Source: Eledone cirrhosa (lineage: Eukaryota). From it: a stretch of DNA of 64,000 nt. The notes under the pieces were generated by a model that was not told where the DNA came from, did no database searches, and saw nothing but the letters and a program-made list of their open reading frames with translations. Positions 25,861 to 40,620 of the stretch are shown in pieces; position 1 is the first letter of the stretch; the number at the start of each line of letters is the position of its first letter. Made by a program: the position numbers and the translations under genes. The stretch lies in NCBI GenBank assembly GCA_964016885.1, contig OZ024741.1, positions 51,336,001-51,400,000 of the forward strand, given 5' to 3'.

Positions 25861-26805
25861 CAAAAATAAAATAAAATATAAATAAATTTAATAGGTAAAT
25901 CAAATAAACAAACGATACACCACGATTTCGATCCATAAATAATAAAAGAAAAATAACAATGATTAACTGACTGTCGCCTCTATTAACTGACAACTATATA
26001 CCAATCTCAACCTACTACACCGGTTATAGTAGGCATTTAATAATTATGAAATGCCTACTAGCCTTAGTTAGAATAGACAATCAACCGACAATGATAGGCA
26101 TTACTACCTGCTTTTTAATGCCACCAACCACCGTAACCAAAATACACATGACAGAATCATCCACGTGCGCGGAACTCAACACAAGCCACACAGACACCTG
26201 AAAAGGGTTTTTTTCCGTGTTCGAAATTCGACGAGATTAATGAACCCCCAGGTAACATAATCTTTAGGCAGCGAACTGTCAGAGTCGTTAGAATATCTAA
26301 TGCTTTGTGATATTCGTTCCGACTCTCTGAGTTGAAATCCCGCCGGGGTCAACTTTGCTTTTTATCCATTCAAGGTCGATAAAAAAGTACCAGTCTAGTA
26401 CTGGGGTCGATTCTTCCTCTATATCACTTTCTCACTTCCATTCTCTCACTCTCTCTATCCTGCTCTGGAAGAAATCTGTTGTATTAAGACCCGGAGAGGA
26501 TTGGGCTCCGCCAGGTTTTAAATAATGCCCTAGAAACGCTGTTTGTTAATACGGCGTCCCTACGACTCCCCTAGGAGTTAAGGAACCATGCATGTATGCA
26601 ACAGAGTCATTGGTTTCTTGTCCTTTTGCCTTCTTTTCTTTGCACTGGATCTCATCTCTCTTATTCCTCATCAGATTTTATTGCCTCGGTATTTACAAGC
26701 AAACTACAACACTCTCTTATATATATATGTATGTGTGTGTGTCGCTTGTAATGCGAACAAAAAGAAATATTACGAATACATAATGTAGTATGTAATTATA
26801 CTAAT

Positions 26806-26836
<31 letters not shown>

Positions 26837-26934
26837 ATTGTTTCATCATTTATTCACTCTCCTTCTGAGACAGTTTTGTATGGCGCCAGTTTGTAATTTG
26901 AACTCGGGAATTTTATATTCTCCGAGAGAGAAAA

Positions 26935-27015
26935 GCCAGCTGACGATGATCTCTTTCTCAATGGATATCCGCTTGGATTATCTATTTGTTTGGGATCTGA
27001 AACCGCAGTAAAGGC
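26935..27015 (+). ncRNA. degenerate type I hammerhead ribozyme
   Basis: CTGACGA; gatctc/gggatc stem II; GAAA ccgcag TA; stem I only gcc/ggc with proximal mismatches. Confidence 0.6.
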
Positions 27016-27080
27016 ACATATAGTAAGTACAGTGAATTTTTTTTAATTTATTTTAAAATTTATTTGCTTTCGCTTGATTT

Positions 27081-27183
<103 letters not shown>

Positions 27184-27280
27184 GAAAAAATAGTTTAATT
27201 GTATACTACATTATATAGTACATTATGTATTGCGTAATATTTCTTTTTGTTCGCGTTGCAAGCGACAGACACACAGACAA

Positions 27281-27337
<57 letters not shown>

Positions 27338-27453
27338 CATATACTGTATATACATATATATATATACATATATATATATATACATATATTCATATATATA
27401 CATATATTCATATATATACATATATATATGTATATATATACATTTATATATAT

Positions 27454-27583
<130 letters not shown>

Positions 27584-27664
27584 GGAGGGGGAGATACTAC
27601 TCACCGCTGTACACTATATTTTTCTAAACAGCTTACTCTACCCCAAATCGCCGACATGATGATG

Positions 27665-27717
<53 letters not shown>

Positions 27718-28428
27718 TGTTTCTACTAATAATAATAATAAATTCAAATTAGAAGCCATAATTATATAATCTTTCTTTTTAATCTGTTTATACAGTTTTA
27801 GTTTGCTTCTCCTGCGTGAAATTCTTCCATATTTAGTATCACATTATTAATCTTCTGTAAACACACACACTCAGAGGCACGCATGCACAAGCGTTCAGGA
27901 ACACATACATACCTGCATACATACATTCGTATGTATGGATGCATATATATATATTGTTGTTGTTGTTGTTGAAAGTTTCCGTTTAAAAAAGATCGTGGAA
28001 AAACCATAATGAAATACAGGCTATGTTTATTTAAAAAAGCAATGACTTGCTTTCTTCTCAACAGAGTTTGTCAGAGAGTGAGGAGGGAAGTTTAAAATTT
28101 ATACCTGATTGAGTAGGATTTGGATAAAAGGGAGTAATCGTCAGTCGTTGACGTAGCCTGACAGTTTGGCCGATAACCATACGCGAAGTGCGAGTAAAGA
28201 AACAAAGAGATAGTCAGAACGATAGATGAAAAGAACATATTGAGTTGTAAGCGCCCTTGCAGAGAGAAAGAAAGGCGGTCCTGAAAAAATCCCCAATTGT
28301 GCTCACCTAATAAAAACTATGCAAACTGTGCACCACAGAAAACCTGGGAATTCTATTTGCCAACGACCCTCTTCTGAATAAACCCGCCAAATAGTTGTAG
28401 TATGTATATATATATATATATATCGTAT

Positions 28429-28524
<96 letters not shown>

Positions 28525-28886
28525 ATATATATGCGTTGGTGTATCTCAAACAACATATTTGTGTGTATAGTAAATTGTGTGCTTTTTCCGTAGTGCGTGC
28601 AGCTCAGGACAAGGTAAGAAGAGTAAGCTATAGAGATTATGATAAATTATTATATTCCAACTTCTCCCTCCCCACTCCTTATAGCTTACTCTTCTTACCT
28701 TGTCCTGGGCCGCACGCACTACGGAAATACTGAATCTACTATACATACACACACACACATACATATATATATGTGTGTGTTTGTGCGTGTGTGTGTATTC
28801 AATATGGGGGCGCACAGGACAAAGACAATGGAAAAAACAACGGTAAGACGGACACAGTATATATATATACATGGATATATATACAT

Positions 28887-28969
<83 letters not shown>

Positions 28970-29181
28970 TGTATATATAGTGTATTTTTCAATACATTGT
29001 ATGCTTAATTAAAAGCATTTTGAAGACCTTACGCTATTGTTTTAAAGTAGTGACTATGTCACTTACTTTTTTTCAACAATGTTTGCTGGACCGGCAACCG
29101 CTCTGTATAATCAGTTCCTGATTATTACTAGAATTCTATAAGAATCCAACATTTATAATTTTCAAGAAGCAAGGGGAGTGC

Positions 29182-29229
29182 TAAGCTCTGAGGAATACCA
29201 ACAGTATGAAACAGAGTTCTGTCAGCTTA
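29182..29229 (+). ncRNA. compact intact type I hammerhead ribozyme; predicted cleavage after C29223
   Basis: taagct/agctta stem I; CTGAGGA; atac-caaca-gtat stem II; GAAA; cagagttctg near-palindromic stem III; TC. Confidence 0.85.
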
Positions 29230-29302
29230 TCTCCCTTTGTTTGTTGAAATATATATATATATTTCCAAAAATCATTTTTGGAAACTCTGTTTCGTAGAAT
29301 CG

Positions 29303-29399
29303 AGACATATCTGAGGATATTGCGATTTCAGAGTCAGGTTTGATCATTGCATCGATCGTGCCTCGAGCTGGTCGCCAGAGAAACGATTGTAATATGTCT
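29303..29399 (+). ncRNA. type I hammerhead ribozyme; predicted cleavage after A29391
   Basis: agacatat/atatgtct 8-bp stem I; CTGAGGA; imperfect tattgcga/tcgccaga stem II; GAAA cgattg TA. Confidence 0.75.
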
Positions 29400-29444
29400 A
29401 ATAAATCTTATTCGTCGCACCACTGATTCTTCGTTTCTTATGTG

Positions 29445-29576
<132 letters not shown>

Positions 29577-29579
29577 ATT

Positions 29580-29699
<120 letters not shown>

Positions 29700-29702
29700 T
29701 TC

Positions 29703-29775
<73 letters not shown>

Positions 29776-31032
29776 AGATTCTGTGGTGCTGAGACCGGGA
29801 AAAGCACTAATCATGAGAATACTCAATGCATTGGGAGATCCAGAGTGGGTGTAGATATAGGTAAAATCCCGTTGTGTGTATGCGTGTATATGTGTGTGTA
29901 TATACCATCATAGTAGCAGTCACAAATGACGGGGTTTATTCCTTGATAACAACGCTTTGAATAACAATGCTTGAATCATCGAAGTTTTCAGAAAAACCAG
30001 TTTTATCACCTGACACGCTGAAGATTGTAAGCTGACAAAATACCTCATGCTCTCTGATAGGTTTCTCGTCGAATTCGGTGGAAACATCTGGAATCATGCC
30101 CAGTACCACCAACCCCCAACCCCACCCCACACACACTTACTCCCTACTTCTGTCAGGATGACGATAACCAACAGCAAGATCGAAGTACATTCCGCTCTTT
30201 AAGCGTATCTCCCTTACCATTCTCCGAGGTAATGGTATGATATGGACCTGGAACTTCCGAGGGAGTCGTAGAGGCACCATATTGAAATACGACGTTTCTT
30301 AGAGCATTTTTTTTTTAAACCTGGCGGAGGCCATCTCACTAGATCTGAATACAGCAGATTTCTTCCAGAGACAGATAGAGAGTAAAAGAATGGAAGTGAG
30401 GAAAAGATATAGAAGAAGAATCGACCCAAGTACTAGACTGGTATTTTTTTATTGACTTCGAATGGATGAAAGACAAAATTGACCTCGGTGGAATTACAAC
30501 AGAGAGAGAGCAAAAAGCCAGAACGAATACCGCAAAGCATTCTATCCGACGTTTTAACAACTCTACCAATTCGCTACCTTCTCCGGAGTAATACCTTCGC
30601 TATTTTGTCCACCAAGACCATGAAACATTAGCATGACACTCAGAGATTCCCTTTGCTTTTTTATTCAAGGTGTCTTCTTTCCAATTTTTCTTATTTTCTA
30701 CATTTAATAATGTATGTAGGGTCCCGTAACTCCTGATAGAGTCGTAGGGGCGTTGTATTGACTGACATACGATGTTTCTAGAGCATTTTTTAAAAACCTG
30801 GCGGAGCCCTCCTCCTCTTCTCTAGATACCTAATAATAGTGTATGAATAAGAACTTGGTATTAATATTCAAATATCCTTGTTTAAGTAAATATGTAAAAT
30901 GTTGTGCATTGTTTCACTGTGGCAAGGGGCTTTTTGTGTATTTCCTTTATTAATGACTACAGTCTACCCTGGGTAATTACACGCAGTTACACACAACACA
31001 TGCCAGGCGAATGTTTGTATGTGTATGTGTAA

Positions 31033-31362
31033 GCGCATGGCTTAGTGGATAGAGCGTTGGGCTTGCAATTGAGAGGTTGTGAGTTCAATTCTCGGACCGG
31101 GTGATGTGTTGTTTCCTTGAGCAAGACACTTTATTTCACGTTACTCCAGTTCACTCAGCTGTAGAAATGAGTGGTGACGTCACTAGTGCCAAGCTGTATC
31201 AGCCATTGCCTTTCGCCTGGACAACATTGGTGGCGTGGAGTAGGGATACTGATATACATGGGCGACTGCTGGTCTTCCACAAACAACCTTGTCTAGGCTT
31301 GTGTCTGGGAAGGAAACTTCCTAGGTGCAATCCCATGACCATTCATAACCGATGGGGGCTCT
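31033..31362 (+). mobile_element. tRNA-derived SINE family B (relatives about 49555-49690, 52130-52270, 57672-57990)
   Basis: tggcttagtggatagagc A-box, gagttcaattctc B-box, ccttgagcaagacacttt core. Confidence 0.75.
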
Positions 31363-31859
31363 AAATACGATACATATACAAGGTGGCGCAAAAGTCACGC
31401 CCAGTAAAATACAATTTTGCTATATCTTCTTATTCGTTATTTTTGTAAGTAAATGTGATAAATGTTCACTAAATAATTGTTTCTACTTTAGGCACAAGGC
31501 CAGCTAATTACCCAGTGTATTACTGGTACTTTATTTTATCGACCTCGTAAGGATGAAAGGCAAAGTCAACCTCAGCGGGATTTGAACTCAGAATGGCAAG
31601 GGCCGTAACTCTATGCGTCAAAGCATAGTGTCCGACCGTCTACGGATACTGCCAATCCACCGCACTAAATAAAGACTGTTATGGTGGTGCATCACTTTTA
31701 CGCCAAACTGTATGTATGTCTAGCGAGATGAGAGAGGGGGGAGAGTGCAGAATTTTATTTCGCAAAATCACAGTATAAATAAATAAATAAATAAATAGTT
31801 AAATAAATAGTTAAATAAATAATAAATAAATAAATAAATAAATAAATAGTTAAATAAAT

Positions 31860-31938
<79 letters not shown>

Positions 31939-32238
31939 CAAATAAATAAATAAATTGTTTTTGAAAAGGATTCAGTTCTGAGCTGAATTCTAATTAAATG
32001 TACATCGATTTAACATAATTAGGAAAATAATTAACAATATAATTATTTAACGGTTTCTATAGCAGCTAGTTTACTTACAATATTTTCTTCAGTTTCAAGA
32101 CAAACTGCATAAGAAAAACAAAACAGTTCTAAAGTTTAGTATGTCTATACATATGTGTTGTATATATATATATGCACACAGTATATATATATATGTTGTG
32201 TATATATATATATATGCACACAGTATATATATATATGT

Positions 32239-32302
<64 letters not shown>

Positions 32303-32584
32303 ACATATATATATATACTGTGTACATATATATATATATAGACACATATATATACATAAATATAAGTATGTATACGTACATACATATATAGACATATATA
32401 GACATATATATATACATAAATATAAGTATGTATACGTACATACATATATGTATACAGACGTACAGTAGTATGCATATATATATATATACATACATGCACA
32501 CATATATATGTGTTGTATATATGTCTTTATATGTGTTGTATATATGTCTATATATATATGTTGTATGTATGTCTATATATGTGT

Positions 32585-32645
<61 letters not shown>

Positions 32646-32697
32646 ATATACAACATATATATAAGAGTGGGAAATGAAATTTCGTTTCATTTTTTCC

Positions 32698-32733
<36 letters not shown>

Positions 32734-33293
32734 TATATATATATATATGTGTTGTATATATGTCTATATATGTGTTGTATATATATATATATATATATAT
32801 ATACAACACATATATAGACATACATACAACATATATATATAGACATATATACAACACATATAAAGACATATAGGAGTCCAGAATTAGCCGTCGAAACAGC
32901 TTGAGCTCAGCCGTCAGGTTCCTACTTGTTCTTATTACCCACTCTACTACCCTAAGTATTGAGTTCTTTGGTGCGTTATGGTCCATCTGGTTCCTTACCA
33001 CATTTCCTTCGTTAAATATATATATATATATACAGTATATATATATATGTCTTTATATGTGTTGTATATATGTCTATATATATATGCTGTATGTATGTCT
33101 ATATATATGTGTTGTATATATATATGTCTATATATGTGTTGTATGTATATATGTCTATGTGTGTGTTGTATGTATGTCTATATATGTGTTGTATGTATGT
33201 CTATATATGTGTTGTATGTATGTCTATATATGTGTTGTATATATGCTGTATATATGTTGATTACATCTATATGCGGTATTGGTGGGTATATAT

Positions 33294-33339
<46 letters not shown>

Positions 33340-33365
33340 CATATATACAACACATAGACATACAT

Positions 33366-33396
<31 letters not shown>

Positions 33397-33409
33397 GTAT
33401 ATATGTATG

Positions 33410-33442
<33 letters not shown>

Positions 33443-33615
33443 ATATGTATATATATATATATGTGTGTGTGAGTGTGCATATATGTATGTGTGTTGTATA
33501 CATCTGTATATATTTGTTATATATTTATTATATATTATTATATTAGATATATAGATATAAAGATATATAGATATATAGATATAGAGATATAGAGATATAG
33601 AGATATATAGATATA

Positions 33616-33694
<79 letters not shown>

Positions 33695-33908
33695 ATATAT
33701 GTGTGTATTACATACATTTATCCACGTTGTATACATCTATGTGCTCTATAATCCTATTTTCTTATATCAATTAATTTTTATTTTTATTTATAGAATTTTC
33801 TTTCTCATTTAAATGTTAATTGAGTTTCAAATTAAGAACATCTCAAATTTATTTATAAACAAATAATTTTGCTAGTAGAATTAGCGTGAATTGATCTCAC
33901 CATTAACC

Positions 33909-33952
<44 letters not shown>

Positions 33953-34053
33953 AGCAGCAGTAGCAGCATTATTATCATTATAATTATTATTATTATTGCT
34001 GTTGTTGTTATTATTGTTGTTTTTGTTGCTGTTGTTGTTTGCTTGGTTATATC

Positions 34054-34087
<34 letters not shown>

Positions 34088-34605
34088 AAAAATTAAAAAA
34101 TATATATATATATATATATCTGTGTGTGTGTGTGTGGGTGTGTGGGTGTATGTGTGTGAGTGTGTGTATGTGTGTGTATGTGTGTGTGTGTGTGGGTGTA
34201 TGTGTGTGAGTGTGTGTCTGTGTGTGTGTGTGTGCGTCTGTATGTGTGTGTATATATTCTATCTGCATTACGTTTCCAGTTGTCCTCTATGTTCTGATGG
34301 TCATCTGGTGAAAGTTGATCCTCCGACAGATTGAATGTACCTTCCCCTCCACCACCTCTCCCACCACCACTTGTATACTATTTCTTCACAGAACTAGTAA
34401 CCTAATTTGCTTCTACCACCCCCCTCGCAATGGGGCCCTTTCTCACCGCATTTGAGCTAATTGTTTCTCCTTTCACACAATGGTGTACTTTCTCAGGAAT
34501 TACCTGGTGATTTCTCACTCCACATAAAGATGACTTTTCTCACTTTAAGTGACATAATATTCTCCTTCATCCTCTCTCTCTCTCTCTCTCTTTCACTCCC
34601 TCCCC

Positions 34606-34640
<35 letters not shown>

Positions 34641-35029
34641 ATGGAGCTGGTTTTAGTGTCTTTTCTTTTGTTTTAACCCTTCTCGATAATGAATGCACTC
34701 GCATCGGAGAGGCCCGGCACCAGGGGTCTCGTTTGCCTTAAAAATGTGAGGGGGACAAACCAACATTTTTTTATTCTTAAAGGAGCATAAATTACTTATA
34801 GTGCTTTTCCAGGACCCTGTCACATAAGTAAAATTTTACGCTAATTAAATTTTATATATTCAAATGAAGTTCAGATATAAAAAAATATAAGCTTAAAAAG
34901 AATTTATTATATCAAATAAACAAAAAATAAAATATAGACGTTTGAAAAAGTGGGGGGACTTGTCCCCTGGCACCCCCTAAAGCAAGGCCCTTGACAATCA
35001 CCTTGGCCTCACCGTAAGTGTGAGTCACA

Positions 35030-35560
35030 CAAATGCTGTTGTGGGACCACGGCCGGCAAGTTGGACTACATCCTCTCTCTTCTCGCCACAGCGCTAGCTG
35101 GTTCCCTCGACACGCTGCCTTAAACGACGTCGTTAGAAAGAGTCATGAGGCGGCCGGTTTCACATCACAACTGGAGCCTGTCAGTCTTAACGGCCGTAAT
35201 GGCAAGCGCCTAAACGGAACCACCCTCTTAGCGTTCGAGGGAAGTTAATCTCTAATCAGAGACACCATGTGTTGTGACACGTTCTCTGCCTCCAGCATTG
35301 TCACTTTGGTCCCAAACCTAAGCAATGCTTATCCATATCGTGGAGGAGAGGAAGATAGCCAGATATAGTGACTTGACCGACCGCTTCCTTTTCATACCAG
35401 CCGCTATTTAGAACTCTGATGTCCTCAGTCCCAGAATTGGGATGAGATCATCACTCCTGAGAAAGGAAACCCGTGAGAAGGCGAATCGGCTGATACAGCG
35501 GGTGTCGTTGACTGTTTTCCGCTGCAATGCCTTCGTTATTTTGTCCGTGAGATACAGCTG
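35030..35560 (+). mobile_element. CRE-like RLE non-LTR 3' fragment (shorter relatives at about 37900-38040 and 44980-45100)
   Basis: RHAALNDVV..LEP..GKRLNG..QRVSLTVFRCNA. Confidence 0.65.
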
Positions 35561-36251
35561 AGTCATACGATCTACACAGGGGTGAACAGGTGAACAGTCT
35601 GCCACTTCCTCTCCTCCACCCCCCGTTTCCCTTACTTTCGCAAATATTATATAATTTATTTGACATTTGCTGAATAAAGATATCATTTTGTTAGTTAGAC
35701 TTATTAACTGACAGTGAAACATATACACCAGATCCGAACACAAACGAACCAAACTCCCACTGTCACTACCTCCGTCTCTCCCTCTCTCTCCATCTCTCAT
35801 ATACACCAGATCCGAACACAAAGGAACAAAACTCCCACTGTCACAGCCTAGGGCCAAAGACACCAGAAGTCTCCATTGCCACGGGCTCGACCGCAAACCT
35901 ATAGGAGAGCGACCGATATTTGGAGAGTTTTCACTCCTCAGCCTGAAGTCTGGGTTTATAGATAAAATTGCTCTCTTAAGCTTCCTCTGATAGGTTTGTG
36001 ATAGAGCCTGTAGCAGTGGAGACTTCCGGCGATCTTGATCATCCTCCCCCAGGACCACATCCCTGCTCACTGCTGTTGAGGTGGAGTGGTTGTTCGAACG
36101 CGTCTCCCTCGCCGTCCTTCGGAGCAATGTCTTCTTCATCTTGTCGGCAGGGACCCAGAGGCGGACGACAAATTAAGGCAGGAGTAGGGTGGTGGTCTTT
36201 TTTCCAATTCCAACCAGCCCGTCTCCTCAATCTATCTTATTTCTCATTCTT

Positions 36252-36287
36252 TCTTCTGATGAAGGACTAGCGCCCGAAACATTAAGA
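36252..36287 (+). ncRNA. minimal Penelope-type hammerhead, degenerate
   Basis: tctt CTGATGA aggactagcgccc GAAA ca TT aaga; lies 3' of a Penelope-like remnant. Confidence 0.55.
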
Positions 36288-36375
36288 CCCTCTTCCTGCT
36301 ATATCAAGCGTTAACCTAATATATCCCTTCCATATACTGTACCGATTGTGTTGTTATTTGTTTACCTTTTACATC

Positions 36376-36465
<90 letters not shown>

Positions 36466-36806
36466 AGCTTCACTTATTTCTAAAATGTTCTTCTGCAAGA
36501 AGGAATCCTCTAGAAAGAATGAAGTGTTGTGAGATGTAAGACGAGATTTTATCATTACTATCAAACTTCCTTCTCGTTTTGACATCACCTCTCTCCCATC
36601 ACACAAGCCAACGAGTAGAGCCTTTATGTGATCATTTGACCTGAGAGAAATAGCAGCCAACTCTCTTTCAAATCAATATGAACACTTTTGTTAATCTAAT
36701 TCTTGTTTCTCTATATATTGGAAAACATAAGAGATGGTCATTTCTGGAACGCCTTTAATTGTTCACCACCACCCCATATTAACACTATGGGAAAAAGGAA
36801 AATATT

Positions 36807-36838
<32 letters not shown>

Positions 36839-38269
36839 CACCGTCTCTCACACAATGTTTATATGTAGTTATATAGATATATATTCTGATTATACCACAT
36901 AACAGTTATATACCCCTGGTACAGTAATATATATACCCTGTCTTTACCATGTTAACAATTGCAGGACTGTTGCCATCTCTCACTCGCAACGTTCTCTAGA
37001 TTTTCAAACAAGGAATGAAAAACAAATATTTTAATCTGACCTTGTTAGAAATAGCAGCTATATACTTTTAAATCACACCCTCCCATCTTAAAAACGAAGG
37101 ACTTGTAATTAAACAAGAAATCCTTGAGTTTGGGGGTAAACATACTTTATTGCTATAATGCGTGAGCCCCTATTTGCTCATAATAGTGAGAGATGGGGAG
37201 AACGGGAGAGATGGAGGCAGTGACAGTGGGAGTTTGGTTCCTTTGTATTCGGACCTGGTGTATATATATATATATTTCACGGATACACATTCACTACATG
37301 GAACTGAGTTTAAAATTATGCGTTGTTAAAATGCAACTGTCGTAACCATAAATTTACTGAGTCCCACCAAAGCCAGACTGTAGTAAATCTATTCCAATGA
37401 GTGACTAGTTCTTTATCAAACTCAGAGTAAAAACGAAACACCACGTCCAGTACCTCTGTGTATTTGGACGACACGTCCACAATAACAGCATCGCCGAGTA
37501 ACTGACGGAGGAACACCTTACAACAGTGTAGCTTTCTCCCTGAAAGGAAGTTACGCCTTTAGTGGTGGATGCCTCAAGACTGCAAGTCACGCCCACAACA
37601 GTAAATGCCTGTGTTCGTAAGCCACGCCTACAACAATAACCACACCCGCTCGTTCAGGGAACTAACCAATACAAGCCCAGAGAACAGCTCCTCTCATAGT
37701 CAGCCAATAATAATAAAAAGGTCTCGCAGCCTGACTGACTGTGATCTTTTTAAAAATTTGCAAACGATGCTAAGATGATAATTTTCCTACGTGGAGTCAC
37801 TTATACCCACACTGCAATAAAAGTAGCACTAATGTTTTTATTGCACTACATGTATTGTTCTAAGAGAAAGTTATGGTAGAGATTAACAGTAAACCTGAGA
37901 TAACTCGAGATAGGTTATCAAAGTGGCGAAGACGGCAGCCCGCTTGAGGAGGGAGACCCGTGAGGTGATGAGGCTGTTGCAGCGAGTGTCTCTGACTATT
38001 CCCCGCGGTAACGCATTTGCCTTTTTGTCCTCGGGGCGGGGCGCGGCTGAGGCACCTCTCAGACTGGGGTACAGTGACTGTCCCTCTCCCTCTTCCTCTT
38101 CTTTCGTTGCTTGATTCTTCTTTCTTTTTCTCATTTTCTGTTCCTTTTAATATTGTGTTTTGTTTTTATTAGATACAGCTCAATTATATTTATATAATGT
38201 CTATGACCTTTCATGACATTGTGAGATTTTGTATATTGGATAAATTATCCAGTTCCGAAATAATTAGTG

Positions 38270-38500
38270 AGACGGGCGGCCCAGTAGAGGCAGTTCTGTG
38301 ACGGGCGGGCCAGTAGAGTCAGTTCTGAAGCGGGTGGCCCATTGTAGGTAGTTCTGTGACGGGCAGCCCAGTAGAGGCATTTATGAGACGGGAGGCCCAG
38401 TAGAGGCAGTTCTGAGACGGGAGGCCCAGTAGAGGCAGTTCTGAGACGGGAGGCCCAGTAGAGGCAGTTCTGAGACGGGAGGCCCAGTAGAGGCAGTTCA
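38270..38500 (+). repeat. 29-bp GC-rich minisatellite, about 8 copies
   Basis: gggaggcccagtagaggcagttctgagac. Confidence 0.93.
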
Positions 38501-39395
38501 AACTGAGATTTGATTCGACTCGTCAAATTGTCTCTAAGTTTCTTCGATTATACGAAAACAAATGGGTTGAATTTTATAGAAGTAAATAATCTGTGGTATT
38601 TAGCTAATTGGTAAGCTAAGTAGTTGGTTAGCTTGATGAGTGAGGTCTAAGCCTGTCTTGGACTTCTTCATAAAGCTAATTCTCTTTGCTTTATCTGTGT
38701 CATTGGTAGATGGGGCTTGATGTTGATTACTTCTCCAAAAACATTACTGACTTCAGTAGAGTGAATGAAAGTCGAAATGGAGAAATGAAACCACATTATC
38801 AGACTCACATATCCTCAAAGGCTTACCACGTCTTGTTTTATCCCATAATCTTTTCTGCCCAGCAGTTTTCGATTCAATGTTAGATGAAACCTCCGCTGGT
38901 CTGGGGGCTTACCTGTCCACATCGGTGAAGTACAGGCCGGACCACTTGTCCAACTATTCAACAATTCCACCAATCGTCCACCACCACCACCCCTAGCCTT
39001 CTACTTTATTAATCGACCCCGACAGGATGAAAGGTAAAGGTGAGTTCGCCGGGATTTCAACCTAGACGGTACAGAGCCATAATACTTTAAAGCATTTCGT
39101 CTAACGATCTAACATTTCCACTATCTATCCCCTATCCCCAGTCTGGACTTCTACTTTATTTATCGACCCAGACAGGATGAACGGTAAAGTTGACATTGGT
39201 GGTATTTGAACCCAGAGCACAGAAAGTATTTTGGTTGTCTTTCAGCCAGAAACTTTATTTCGCGTTGCTCCAGCTCCCTCAGCTGGCAACAATGAGCTGT
39301 GCCTCATCATACATGCTATGTATATATAATATTTATATATATATATGTGTGTGTATGTGGGTGTGTGGGTGTGTCTATTATATTATATCATATTG

Positions 39396-39446
<51 letters not shown>

Positions 39447-39539
39447 CAAAGGAATATTTAATTTGATGGTAATCCAGGTAAAATTTGAACCGTTAAGGTC
39501 TCGTTCCTGGATATGTCAATATTTATAAAACAAACTTTG

Positions 39540-39600
39540 TATTTTATCTGATGAGAGCGTACCAAAGTGTTGGTACCCTTGAAATATATATAATAGAATA
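39540..39600 (+). ncRNA. type I hammerhead ribozyme in an approximately 200-bp insert between (TA)n arrays
   Basis: tattttat/atagaata stem I; CTGATGA; gagcgtaccaa-agtg-ttggtaccctt stem II; GAAA tatata TA. Confidence 0.8.
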
Positions 39601-39641
39601 AATATGGTTTTTTAAATATAGTTTCCATTTATTAATATCAT

Positions 39642-39715
<74 letters not shown>

Positions 39716-39771
39716 ATATCCCGTTAAGGGTGAAAGCAGCGATTCTTTGCTTAAACTTTCATCTGTTCTTA

Positions 39772-39821
<50 letters not shown>

Positions 39822-40018
39822 CAAAGAAGGTGTAGTAAGATACCAGGTGGACCATAATGCACCAGAGTACTCAATACTTAGGGTAGTAGAGTAGGTAATA
39901 GGGAAAGAGTCAGGACCCCGACGGGTGAGCTTCGGACGTTTCAACAGCTAGATCCGAACTCTCTAGCTGTTGAAACGGCCGGAGTTCAGCCGTCGGATGC
40001 TGACTCTTTCTCTTTTCC

Positions 40019-40051
<33 letters not shown>

Positions 40052-40055
<4 letters not shown>

Positions 40056-40620
40056 CCCGCAGTTCCGTTGTCACGGCCCCCTTGGTAGCTTCCACGTCCA
40101 AAAAACGGGACCCCTGGATGACCCTCTTGAGCTTGGGGAAAAGGAAAAAAATCACACAGAGCCAGATCGGGTGAGCAGAGAGTTTGCTCAGCACGGCAAT
40201 GTTCTTCTTGGACAGGAACTGCCGGATGCTTGAGGTGTTGTATCCGGCGAGTTGTCATGGTAAAGCAGCCACGAGTTGTCTTGCCACAACTCTCGTTTCT
40301 TCTCGTGCACTGAACAAAGCAAACGTCGCAGGATCTCTTTGTAGACATGTTGGTTGATCGCCTGGCCATGTGGCAAGAACTCTAGTAGACGATGCTCCTC
40401 ACATCGAAGATGGCGATCAACAGGAGTTTGACTTTGGACGTCGACTGTCTTGCTTTCTTCAGCCTCGGTGACTCCGGGTTCATCCACTGAAGGTTCTGGC
40501 GCATAGCCTCCGGGTCGTACTTGAAGATCCATGAGTTATTACCAATGATGACTCTCCCCAGACGTCTGGTTTGGTTTCAACACCTGCATGTACTGCTCCT
40601 GGTCATCGTTCAGCAGCTTC
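40052..40620 (-). mobile_element. Tc1/mariner transposase remnant
   Basis: EFLPHGQAINQHVY, WLLYHDN, SPDLALCDFF. Confidence 0.85.

Noticed and set aside
31033-31110. tRNA gene
   Set aside because: The tRNA-like head continues into a dispersed SINE body and the cloverleaf is imperfect
38270-38500. CRISPR-like 29-bp repeat
   Set aside because: Head-to-tail units with no spacers
38860-38996. Exon-like frame ending HHHHP
   Set aside because: Overlaps a probable SINE remnant; no homology recognised
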